Assembly (NCBI RefSeq): GCF_003704095.1
Contig: NW_020843829.1
Coordinates: 868,001-932,000 of the forward strand
Direction: 5' to 3'
Length of the DNA: 64,000 bases
Source of the DNA: Pocillopora damicornis
Taxonomy: Eukaryota
Under the pieces are notes generated by a model. It was not told where the DNA came from and made no database searches. It worked only from the letters and a program-made list of their open reading frames with translations. The position numbers were made by a program, and so were the translations under genes. This document shows, one piece after another, positions 38,902 to 51,140 of the stretch; positions within the stretch are counted from its first letter, which is position 1; the number at the start of each line of letters is the position of its first letter.

Positions 38902-39957
38902 TTCTCTGGTTTTATTTCACTGTGCAGAAGAGACCCAATATTGCAATGTTGCAGCCCAGACAAAGTTCAAGGCCAGATTTGAGAAACACACGTCGCGGAA
39001 CCTAAACGCTCAATCGCCCACAGATATTGTTCAAATCAAATTATTGACGTCAAATGTGGTTTTGAACTTAACACACACGCGGAAAATGAAGTCGATGGGT
39101 TAAAATGACCAATTAGCCAACGAGAATTCTACGATAGAATTTGCCAAATGTTAGCCGCTGCCGTTCGTCTATTTGATGATAGAAGAAGTAAATGAAACAT
39201 AGGGTTTCTTTTCAGATCAGAGCTTTGATATCTATGGTATTTTGCTGATTACTTTTCCACTACTTCAGACTTTATTTTCTATATAGTATGTCGTTTTAAT
39301 TTACCTCACATTACGACGGCGGTTATTTTCAAACTCACGGGAACGAGGAAATTAGAATTGATCTTTCAAACCAAAAACCAGTGACTTCCTTGTTGGAGGA
39401 CACCCTGGCACTCCATTTCATTAAGTATATCTCTGCGGTATAATAATGTGACGGAATTGTTTAGCCTCAGTGTTCTCTGGCTTTACTTCACTGCGCAGAA
39501 GAGACCTAATATTCCGATATTGCGGCTCAGTCAAAGTTCAAGGCCAAAATTAAGTAACACACGTCGCGGAACCTCTAGGCTCAATCGTCCGCAGCTATTG
39601 TTCCAATCAAATTATTGACGTCAAATGTGGTTTTGAACTTAACACACACGCGGAAAATGAAGTCGATGGGTTAAAATGACCAATTAGCCAACGAGAATTC
39701 TACGATAGAATTTGCCAAATGTTAGCCGCTGCCGTTCGTCTATTTGATGATGGAAGAAGTAAATGAAACATAGGGTTTTTTTCAGATCAGAGCTTTGATA
39801 TCTATGGTATTTTGCTGATTACCTTCCCACGACTTCAGACTTTATTTTCTATATAGTATGTCGTTTTAATTTACCTTACATTACGACGGCGGTTATTTTT
39901 AAACTCACGGGAACGAGGAAATTAGAATTGATCTTTCAAACCAAAAACCAGTGACTT
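38902..39957 (+). repeat. Tandem duplication of ~570 bp (38902-39471 / 39473-39957) in the first intron of the G unit
   Basis: The stretch ATTATTGACGTCAAATGTGG...CCAAAAACCAGTGACTT occurs twice, almost identical. Confidence 0.85.
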
Positions 39958-40908
39958 GGCCACGCTTAACAATGATATGAAAAGCAAAAATCATTTTAGG
40001 CTTTTAAAATTGTGAACCAAACTCTTGCTCGCACAATATTTTACTTCTGCGTTTCGAAGTACTTTCCGTGTACTCTTCAAGCTCAAACGTGAAACTGATG
40101 AAACCGTAGAGAAAGAAATTTAAGGCAGAGTTCAAAAGACGTGGTCACCGTAAATCTGCATAGAAAATTTCCTCGCCCGGAAAAAAGAACTGCACACGTA
40201 TTAAAAGGTGATTGGGATGATACGAGACTGCTTTATAAAGCTGACATAACTGACATTAGTATTTTAAATGAAACTTCTTTGGGATGATTTGCGAAAGTCA
40301 GTACCGGTAAACAGCGGACAGCTCTCTCTTGCAAATATATTCTGGTGCTCAATTTGAAAGTGTTTAAACGTTTGAGAAGTTTACACTAGAATTCATTGCG
40401 ATGCGAAATTTATTTTTCATTCTCTCAGTTACCAGAGAGTTGAGACTTTAACCCCTTACCTCGCGGTGATTAATATTCAACAGTAATCTTGTTAGCTTCA
40501 CGAAAGGATTCATCAACAAAGCAAACCTTAGCTCAATCGCAGAGCGCGGCCATTAACAAATTTGTAGTAGCCCATCACCATCCTTTCACGATAGATTGAA
40601 TCGGAAATATCGCCATTGATGGTTTATTGTCAGAAAATATTAAAACTCTCCATATTTTCGCTCTCACATGCCATAAATCTAACGAAGGTTTTAAATCTGC
40701 AACGGCGACTGCCAAAGTCATACGTCGGATCCGAAGATGTTTTCAGTATTTGACGATCAAACATTTCATCAATAATTCCTTGAAACACGCTACATGAGTT
40801 GTCCAAACNNNNNNNNNNNNNNNNNNNNNNNNNNNNNNNNNNNNNNNNNNNNNNNNNNNNNNNNNNNNNNNNNNNNNNNNNNNNNNNNNNNNNNNNNNNN
40901 NNNNNNNN

Positions 40909-42283
40909 TGAAGTCCCAGTACCAGTCAGTCCACGACGTCGATCTTTTCGTTGGAGGTATGTCTGCGCCAGCGTAATGCCGCCAAATAGCGATTGAGTAT
41001 TGTGAGACCGAAACCATGTTTAAAGTAATCACAAAAGCCAATCAGAATAAAGGAAAATATCATAAGGAGCCAATCAGAACTCAAAAAAGTGGGGAGGGGG
41101 AAAAGCAAGAAAACTGACTGAGGTTTACTTTTCGATTCTCAGTGATTGGTTTTGAAGGTGGTGAGAGTTTTTTGGACCAATCACAAAGCAAAGTAAAACA
41201 AAACCAAAGCAGTCCCGAATTAGTTATGACACTCTATTTTGATTATTTATTGTGTTTGAGGTCGAGGTATGTGCATATAACTTAATTTACTTACTTTCCT
41301 TTTCTGGGGAGAGAAACAAACTCAATTGAAAGTTCATGGCAGGCTTGTTTAAAAATGAATTTATTTCATGGAAAAAATATAAAAAGTTTGTATCGTGTAA
41401 TTTCCCAATAATTTCGGTAAATTTAGATTGATTTTCTTCGTTTTAACTATCTGAAGATGTGTATGTGACTTTCTTGTTGCCAGAATACTGCGAAATCTTG
41501 TAGCGATTGTTAACCGGATACACGTCCTCTGTTCTTTTTTGCCGCATCAATGCAGGGGAATCCGAACCTTCCCGCTCTTGTAGGTAATTATAACACAAGA
41601 CTCCCTACATCATGCCTACTCTAGGACCCAGTCGTTTTAATCACGCTAGAAACCGAACTATTCTGCACAACTGAAATAATTAAGCTCAGGATGAGGAGGG
41701 GCAAAGGTTTAGGCGGCCAATTAAAATGAGATCACATGACTGAAAACGATCTATAGCGTTTATAGCAAGTGTTGTTTTCATGATTCTTCACAGGAATGCT
41801 GGAGCCTGCAGATGCCGAGGGAGGAGCACTAGGGAAAACTTTTCAGTGTATATTAACCGAGCAGTTCAAACGCCTACGAGAGGGTGACCGCTTCTGGCAT
41901 GAAAACGCACCAAACCGAAGCCTGGACACCGATAAAACAGCTTTTACGCAATGCCAGCTGCAAGAAATAAGAAAGGTTACATTGGCCAAGATAATCTGCG
42001 ACAATGCTGAGAGCATTCCTTCTATCCCCAGGAGGGTGTTGCAACAATCAAAGATATTCGTCGATTGTAATAAGCTGCCCGAAATGAACCTGGATGTGTT
42101 TACACCAGATTTCAAATGTCGGCAGATAAAGTATGTTTGCATCTATCATTGCTTTGAAAGCAACTTCACCTAAATTCCGTCTGAACTTTGATTCACTGTT
42201 ATTTGACTGTTTTGTTTTCCAACAGAGTCTGGAGTGACGCCCCAGACATTGAGGAAGAAAATGACGAAGGATTGACTGAATAA
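40909..42283 (+). CDS. Heme peroxidase copy G, 3' part: exon5 end 40909-40956, exon6 41794-42130, exon7 42226-42283
   Basis: HDVDLFVG and GMLEPADAEGG...QFKRLREGDRFW. Last exon reads KVWSDAPDIEEENDEGLTE*. Confidence 0.85.
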
Positions 42284-45200
42284 TCCGTCTATGAACATGA
42301 AATAATTCATCGGCTTGTTGGCTCTGATTAAAGGATTTGTACTTGATTTGCGTATGATGTAATAGTGATTTTAAGAGTTAAAGATCTAAATGTGGGTAGA
42401 AAATTTTCGCAGATATAGCTAGTTTATGAAATGTGACGCTTCTCTGTAGCTGGCTGAGCTGTTTTCAAACTTACCAGGGATGGCGCCCTTATTTTTACCA
42501 GTCGTAGCCTAAGATATTGCCGTTGCTGTATCTGAGAGGCATTAGGCCGTTGTTATTGTTATTGTTGTTGTTGTTTTGTAGTTTTACGTTAAGAGGTTTT
42601 CATGTGTAAATCGACAAGGCCATCTAGATCAACAATTTTGGAAGCTTGTCATATTTTGCTTTAGTTATTTGAGGAGTAAACTTCATTGATGCACCAACTG
42701 GTGTCTCGTTATTGATTATCGACATATACATACGGAGCGGATCACTTTTCCAATATCGGCCTCTTAATCTCAATGCACGAAGATTTATGAATCGTCTGTC
42801 TTCATCACTTGACCCTCCTTGACCCTCTCCCCCCTTCATCAATATGCATATTCTCCATACTGTTCTCTCTACATTTCTAATGATGTTACAAAGGAGAACC
42901 TGGTAACAATTAAGAGTTTCTTTTGTTGGTGATTCAGACCACCGTACGGCGATTTTCTTTCCATAGGAAAACTCGATAAAATAAGAGAAAGATTCATGAT
43001 CGAAGAGAGAGAAGTCGGGGATAAAACTGCAAATCTAATTGTAGTTTTCAGTCACTATGCCACATGTACGACCACAAGATAGTTTATCTCAGTTCAATCC
43101 ATCCCCTTAAATCATCGGTTATTTAGAGGTGATCACATTAGTGAAGAAAAGGAGTCCGGTGGCTGAACTCGTTATCCTTAGAAGGACATAAAATTATTGG
43201 TTTACGAATCTTCAAATCGTGTTTTGCGCTGTACGGCAAAGTCAGGCATCAATAACACGTCCCATTTGTGGAGGACCATTTGCGTTTGCAATTAATTTTC
43301 GACTAGCTCAATTGTCTTTACTTCTGATACCCTTTTGCACCTAAACTTAATCTTAATAATGTCGCATTGACAAATAATCGAGGGATTATCATTTGTTCGT
43401 TTACCATCTCTTTTCAAGTTAAAGCCTTTATGAATAGTTACAAGCCTGGGTGAGGCCCTAGAGATTTTAACTCAAAGAACAATTCTTTTAAGAGTTCCTT
43501 GCTCGTCAATCATCGTTCCCTATAAAATTGTCTGTTCTTCGAGGTACGCCTGGAGCGTCAACCCTATCCTTGCATCTCTACTGGGCAAAGAGAAAGGGAA
43601 CTGAAGTGATTCACATAGTCGTATGTCCTAAAAGCAACAGCTGAACCCGCATGAAGCTACAACAATTAATAACGAGAACTGCGCTTCTTAATTAACATTC
43701 AAAAGGTTTCCTCTTTAAAACAACTCTTGTCCACAAGATTAAGAATTAAAAACACTTTTTGCATGATCATCAAAGCATTGTCAGATAAACCGAGAGTTCA
43801 TCAACGATAAGTTATATAGCCCTCTCAAACACTAATTGTCCACGGCCCACCAACGACTCATTTACGGTGCACTTGCACGTCACGTACAATGAAGGAGCGG
43901 AAAAAACATCATGGCCGTATGTACAAATTTTCCTGTTTCGCTGACGACCAATATAGCCGAAAACAAACATGGAAAAATTTCGACTCAAAACACTGAAAGA
44001 AAAAGCTTTGTTGTGTTTAAATATTTGTTACAGCTAGCTTAAATATTGCCATGATTTTTCTTTGGTAATATACTATTTCGTTACTTCAGTGCACAAGCAC
44101 CCAGCTTTTTAATTCGTTTCAAAGCAACATTAACATTTGTATTTTCTCGCAACGATAGACTGACCTGTCAATTATATCCAAATGAATTCACCAGGGTGCA
44201 AATTTTCTCTGAAGAAATAGTTCCAGTGATATTTGCTTAACAGTCAAAGCAATTGGCAAAATATTCGCTATCCGTTTGATTTTAAACTCTGGAACACCAG
44301 CAAAGTCTGGAGGCTTCAGTATAACGTCAAACTTTTGAAAACAAAACAAAGCGTAAAAATATGCAATAACTGGCCATCTTTCGATTTCTTGATCTTCAAT
44401 TTTCTATCCAGTCCTTATCCCGTGAAATTCATCACCGATTTTTCAGATAAACAGATAATATGTGCGTTAAAATCAACGAGCGCACCAAATTGTTTCGTTC
44501 GTATCTGATATAGTAAAAAAGAAAGATCGCAGTGATGAAAGCCTAGCCGACTGACCAAGAACTCGATGCTCACTATGGTTATCTATGCCCTATCGACTTA
44601 AGTATACAAGAAAACCGTCTCTGAGTCCTTTGTGCTTTCTCTCTTTGCCCGTACTCGCTTTCTCTAAGGAGAACAATAGTACCGTTCAACTGCCGAGCGA
44701 GTAAATTGGAGAAGTCTGGCATTGCTATCAAACTAGAGTTAATTTCTTTATTTCATTTTTAGGAATACTGAAAAACAAACGACTAACTGGCACTACCTTT
44801 GAATTATAAATTTCAGACGTATAATTATCGTCGAAGATATTTGGTAGCAATTGACTCCCCAGCCAATATCATTGTATTTGTTATTGTTTATTTCATACAA
44901 TATATTGCTCTGTTTGTCTTTAGACTCTCGTCCTTACAATAGCTTTTGTGTTCTTGAATTTTTCCGCATTTTTCTTGTTATCTCTCCATGTGAAATTATC
45001 TATGGTTCTTTGCCTGCTTATCGATTTTTTCACTGATGAACATTGAACACCGCGCTGAATATACGGTCGGAATTTGACAAAAAGCGCGCGTATCAGAGAT
45101 TATTTTGTGAACATGGCTTTAGATATTTTGCACCCCATTGTGTAGAAAAGATAACATAAGCAGCAAAAATAAACCTGTGACAATCACGTAACTATATAGA

Positions 45201-48200
45201 AATTAAGAAATAGAATTGTTAAAGGTTGATTAACGCGCGTGACAGTAATGGTTGGAATTTCACTTGAAGCGATTTGATTATAACGCAAAGCAATTGGCGT
45301 CAAGTTGCGTCATAGCTTTTTTGTTAAAAGTTAGTGATACACGAGTTATCTTGACAGGAGAGCAAAATATCGTGTCTAAGAGCTAACAGCTCTTTTAATA
45401 GTCGAGTGCAAAATGCTTTTAACAAAGTGACACTTTAAACTGACTCATTTTCTTCAACGTGCAGTAAATTGGCTTAGATTTAGGCTATCACGCTTGAAGC
45501 GCTTAGTCATAAGAGTCAGTGTAGGCGTGCGGTTGACGTTACTTTAGAAGGAAAATGGGACGTGTTTTATCACTCATTTCCACTCACCAGAAATAAGAAT
45601 CAAGCACATCTAATTTGTGACGTCCTTAAATCTTTTTGCTACAAATAGAATTCGTGTTTTGACTTTTTAGAAAATGTTGACCGCGGCTCGATAACCTGTT
45701 AATTATGCTATAAGTTTTTCAAAACTAAATGCTGGACGATTCAAGAATTTTGTTGCTCGAAGCTGCGTCCTTCGATAGATAATTCGCGGCGTTTTCGAGC
45801 CAGTAGCGATCCCTCTCGGTAAATTAGATGAAAAGTAACTTTTTATTTTATTTTGTGGAGAGACTTATCTTCAGGAAAGGTTAAATGAGAATTACAAGTC
45901 AAGTAAAGCTCCAATAGTGCCGATTACACTTGAAGATTCACGCATCATACGATCTCCTTTAAAAACAAATGTATTTGTCTTCCAAGGGCCGGGGAAGTAT
46001 TGCGCTATGGATTTGCGGTGTGCGGTTTTTTACACATTTGATTGCAGTATTTTAGTGGTTTTCGCCAAATTTCAGTTTCAAATGTTTCTGAAATTTAAGA
46101 TCTCTGAAACTGTAAATTGCGCGTAGTCTCCATAGTTGTTAGTGACTTAACATAATAAACGAAAGCACTGGCCGCAGAGGGAAGGCATTCCAAATACTGT
46201 CCATACTTTCATTAGACTTATAGCCGGCAACAAGTGGCCTCTTATTCACAGAGTTCACTTCATGGACTCAGCCACTATTTTGGAGAGATGACATCGACAA
46301 TGATAGCAAAATTAATCGTCATTCCATGCACAAATAATCAAGTAAATGAATCGAAAATCTACCTCTAAAGGAATAACGATACAACAGAGCAGTTGGTTTA
46401 AATTAGTGTCGCAAGTTCAGAGAATTTTGGTAGGGGTGTGTGCATTAGAGGCCATTGACGTATTCGCGTCAGCCAATTAGATTCTAGAATTTCGTGCAGC
46501 GCGCACCGGATGTTGAGCAGTAAATAAAACTTTGGGTGCAAAATCATCCTGCGCAAACCTTAACTAAAGTCACGCACAAAACGACAAGAACTTACGTCGT
46601 ATTTGGAGTCACCTGGCACGTATGTTTTATATGAAACGTAATTGCATTGCAGTCACGTAAGATTTATCCAAAAAAAAAAAGAAAGAAACCTGTGTGAAAT
46701 TTGCAAACAATGTATTTCCTACACACGTATAGTAAATAAAATATTCGAAACAAAAAAACCAATAAACTTAAGACTTATCAAATCGATGGAAAGGTTTATT
46801 TTGTTGATTTAATTTTTTTTCTTGTAGGTTGAACAATATATTTTATATAATCAGGGCTAATCACAAGTACATAATCAGGCTAATCACAAGTAAATAAAAA
46901 AAAGTGGTATTTCGTTATTTTATGGTCTTGTTTTGTTTTGTTCTTTTTGACGTTACAACGCTCATCTCATTTACATCACTTACGGTCTAGCATCGATCAT
47001 ACAATGAACCCAATAGTTTATTATGGCATCGGTCCTGCCTGTTACAGATCAACATCAAATCCTTTGCGATCAACTCAAGCAAATAAAGTTTCAAGAATTT
47101 TGGATGTAGTCACTATCTCTACAAAGGCAATATCCTTGCTAAACATAGCATTAGTAGAAATCAAAAGGCAGTCGCTAATCGCCTCACTGCGTCTTCATGT
47201 TATTGTGGTAACAAGAAAACAAACATGCGTCATGCCGTATCGCCAAAATTGAGGGATTTGGGAAATTATAAAAACCGATGTTCCCTCAAATAAATTAACC
47301 AACATAACGTCATCTACGAAACCCAGATTTTACCGCTCTGGCTTGCGGTTACCGCTTGGACACAAATGAATTCAATTCATTTATCTATCCTAATTAAGTC
47401 ATAACATTTAGCACGACTTCTAAATCAAAAGCAAAAGTCGAATAAAAAAAGCATAAAGCAAAGCACAGAAATGACACCTATAGTTTCACAGCGTGCTGTG
47501 AACTACGAAAACTGTAACACTAGTCAATGGATTTCAGGCCAATAGTGTAGAAAACTGCATCTGTTGTGTGATCATGACAGAGTCAAAGCCACTGTAGTTT
47601 TTATTCTGTTTCAATAATGGCAGTTTTCGCATGCTAAAGTAAGCCCTACGGCAATTCGGACGAAAGCGGAAAAAGATGGAATGAGGAAGATTTTTTTTGG
47701 AAACGAATTTGTATGAAGACAAAAATAATTATCTCTATATACAAACATCGTCCACAATATCACTATCTGATCTCTAATATCAACCTCTGAGTTGGATCTC
47801 AAGGCGTGAAATGCTGTACTTTCTATAACTTCCGCTGCCCCTTCTTGTTCGGATGTGATGAATGCGGAAAATTGGACAGAATTACGGCCAGGTGCGACAA
47901 CTGCGCAAATTCCGCTTTTTCTGTGGGCAGAGCGCGTCATGTAAAAAACGAGGCCAGTATCACCGTAAAAATGTCAATGTACTTTGATGCTAGCAATCTG
48001 TTTTTAAACGCTTTTCATCAAAAGCTTCAACCTCTACAGCAAACGGCTCAGTTCTCGCTAATTTAGACCTCAATTAGTCTGTAATTATACTAATTTCCAA
48101 ACAGGAAAAATTCTCATCACCCACAGCGACAGTCGTGAGCAAACAGACTTCACCATCACTAGAAAGTTCAGCACCGTCAAGATTGCAGTTGCAAATTCAG

Positions 48201-49236
48201 AAGAACAATCAATTTACCTCACACATGTAAAACACAACTTTCGATTTTTACCAAATATTGGACTGGTACCGACAAATCTGTTTTCCTTCTCAATTCTGCT
48301 GTAACAGGGGACTGAAGTCTTAAAATTCAAGATCAATTACACCTGTTCAAATTAAGTCTTCTAATTTTCCAAAAGATACACTCAGAATTTGCCCAAAACT
48401 TCGAATAAAAAAGTGAATGTTTTGGTTATTGACATCTTATCTATTGTTTGTATGGTAATAACCCTTTCATCGATTATCTTTAACAAGTTTATTAGGCGTT
48501 ACAATACAGAATGTCTTTCCTCTATCTTACTTTAATTAGTTTTTATCAATTCTGCGCTTTACTGAGAAATGTCTCGACGTGAACCTGCAGAAAAGATGCC
48601 TGTCTCAAGAAGAGAAAGCTAAAAATCATAAAAATACTTTTTTCCTTTTTCCCCTTGATTTACGTAAACGGAGCTCTCAACCGAAGAGTTGAACAAAGAA
48701 GTCTTTCATCCATTAAACCTGCTTAGAATTCTTAACAATACAGAACTAAAACTGGGTTGCGACACGAAACTTTTTTTTTTCCTTGAAGATTTAGATACAA
48801 CTAGCTCGCTGATTTGCTGTTTTTTGAGAAGTGTAACGTGATTGCAAACAACAGTTTGCAATCAAACTAAACTATAAGAGTTTGCCCAGAAACGATTCGT
48901 CAAACGGTTATCAGGAACGTTAACAAATCAACACCAACCAGGAAAAATCACCCAGTTGAACAACCACAATTTAACAAATAACGAGAAAGCAAATTCAAAT
49001 ATTAACTCGTCAAAGTAATCAAGTTTGATAACACATGCTTGACGATTGCGGGAAATTTCGCAAAAAACATCGCAGGAAAAGCGACTCTGTTACCGTACTA
49101 GAAACAAACGAACCTCTTCAAACAATTCGCGTGTACATGGCCCACGTAAGGGAGTTGATGCACGCACGAATATTCAAACAATACAAATGAGTTTCTTAAT
49201 TGAATAGGAACCAAACAATTGGGCAATAATGACCTT

Positions 49237-49358
49237 AGAAAAGTTCCGGGTTGTTGGTATAAAATGAGCAGTGTAAAGCAAAGGGATTTAAGTCAGAAAC
49301 AGGGAGTTCTACCAGAAGCAGCCGGCTTTTGAGCAGAAGAAACGAAGGATTATCAGAG
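49237..49358 (+). promoter_or_regulatory. Core promoter and non-coding exon of peroxidase H (TATAAAA 49258-49264; donor GAG|GTAACT after 49358)
   Basis: Shares the order AAAGTTCC..TATAAAA..TTTAAGTCAGAAA with the young-copy promoters. Acceptor TTTAG at 51131-51135 precedes the ATG. Confidence 0.55.
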
Positions 49359-51140
49359 GTAACTAAAAATCTCGCTGAATTTTGGGTATGAATGCGATCA
49401 TATGAACAAAAACAAAATTAGTTGGTAGTAGTCTGTTAGTATACGCCGAACAAATTTCGTGTTTGCTCCTCGAGCTTAAAAGTCTTGGTAGCTTTAAGAA
49501 GTTGCACCTACAGCACTTCACAGACATCTTTCAAGCTTTTTCAATTTGTATCAGATGACCTTACAGCGATAAAATCCTTTAGGACTTGTCAGGCCTCAAC
49601 TTATATGGGTACCTATTGAGAGTGTGACCTACATATGTATTTTTACCAAGTTCGAAGTCCGCGGTTCCGCGGTTCCACGGTTCCACCTTCAAATCTTATT
49701 TAATCTCAACCAACATCGATTAAGCTGTGTGTTTGTTTTCGCCTCTTACTTTCATGACTTGATTCAGCTGTCCTTGTAACATTCCGTTTTGTGGCTTTCT
49801 TCAGTGGAATTCCAAAGTGATGTGAGCATTTTGAAAGCGTTTTGCTTTATAAGTTGTACTTGATCACCTTCTACATATCGCCATTGTCTAGCGATTTCCA
49901 AGCCTAAAAGTAGATTCTTAGAACTTATCGCAGAATTGTTTTTTAAGAATTCGTTTAACATCCCTGAAGTCAATTTTCGCATATCGCACTTACATGTAAT
50001 TTCTGCTCGACGAGTCCTGTATTAAAGGAAGAATAACTGAAAAAATTTCCATAGCATTCCACTTCAGAAAAGCGAAGAAAAACCTACTGAAACTTAAAAG
50101 TGGATATAGTTCGAGATCCCTTTTGACTGCTTAGACAAAGATGAGAGTCGATCAACTTCGTTGTGGGTTTTGCAAAGTATGACCGTGTTTGTTTTCTCGG
50201 ATAGTAACTACCTCCAGTATATTGCGTGAGCAGGGCACAAAATCTGTTCACTTCAGAGATGACGTTTCATGCCGTCGGCATTTTCATCAGGCGTTGTGCG
50301 CGCAACAAATGTGTGTCACTCAAACAGGAAAGAATGTATTGTCGTTATGCTTGAGCAGTTAACTGCTCACGCGATGATGAAAACAAACGCATTAGCAGAA
50401 ACACGTTCACATGCATTTTTCTCGCATCGCATACCTCTTTAATCTCTGTTCTTTTCATTCGATGCTACTTCTGTCGGAAAAAAAAAAGAGCAAAACCGGA
50501 GAAAATTTCCACCATTCCCCCTCTTAGAAAAGTGAATAAGTGCGTGGCTAAATGCCATTTGCTAGGGTGACCTCATGTGATATATGATCCAAAATGGCCG
50601 CTATCGGATAATTTGATCGCTGAAGTAGCTGATACTAGCTTCCACTTTGCCGACTCAAGATCATGTATTCATGAGTTTCCACCACACGGTAAGATTCCCT
50701 TGGTCATGAATCCAAAAACACAAAAGTAATGAACAAATGAAATTTGCAGAATTTACGGTTGAGAAGCCATTGATGTAGAAGTTCATAGGTGAAATTTTAG
50801 GATTACTTCCATTTTGAGAAATTAGCAAGGACTGTTAGAGAGGAAAAAGTTGGTGGAGGACAAAGTTTTTTCATCCATCATACAAATGTTTTGAAAGTGT
50901 CAAACTTTACATTTTCCTTTTTAAACAAACGACAACAATCTTTTCCAATTTCGCTTTGTTCTTTGCCATTGCCTTCCACCGTGACCTTTTATCCCTCTCA
51001 GGGTCACTCACTCAGGTCATTAAAAGGGCTTATTTGTATTCTTGAGTAGAAAGTGTAGCAAAGCTTTTATCGATGACATTTTCGAAAGCGCTCAATTTCG
51101 TTACCTGACATGTAACCTTTTCCTTTTGACTTTAGCGAAC

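Noticed and set aside
43000-49000. Short ORFs in the spacer between G and H
   Set aside because: No recognisable domains or consistent splice structure; treated as intergenic
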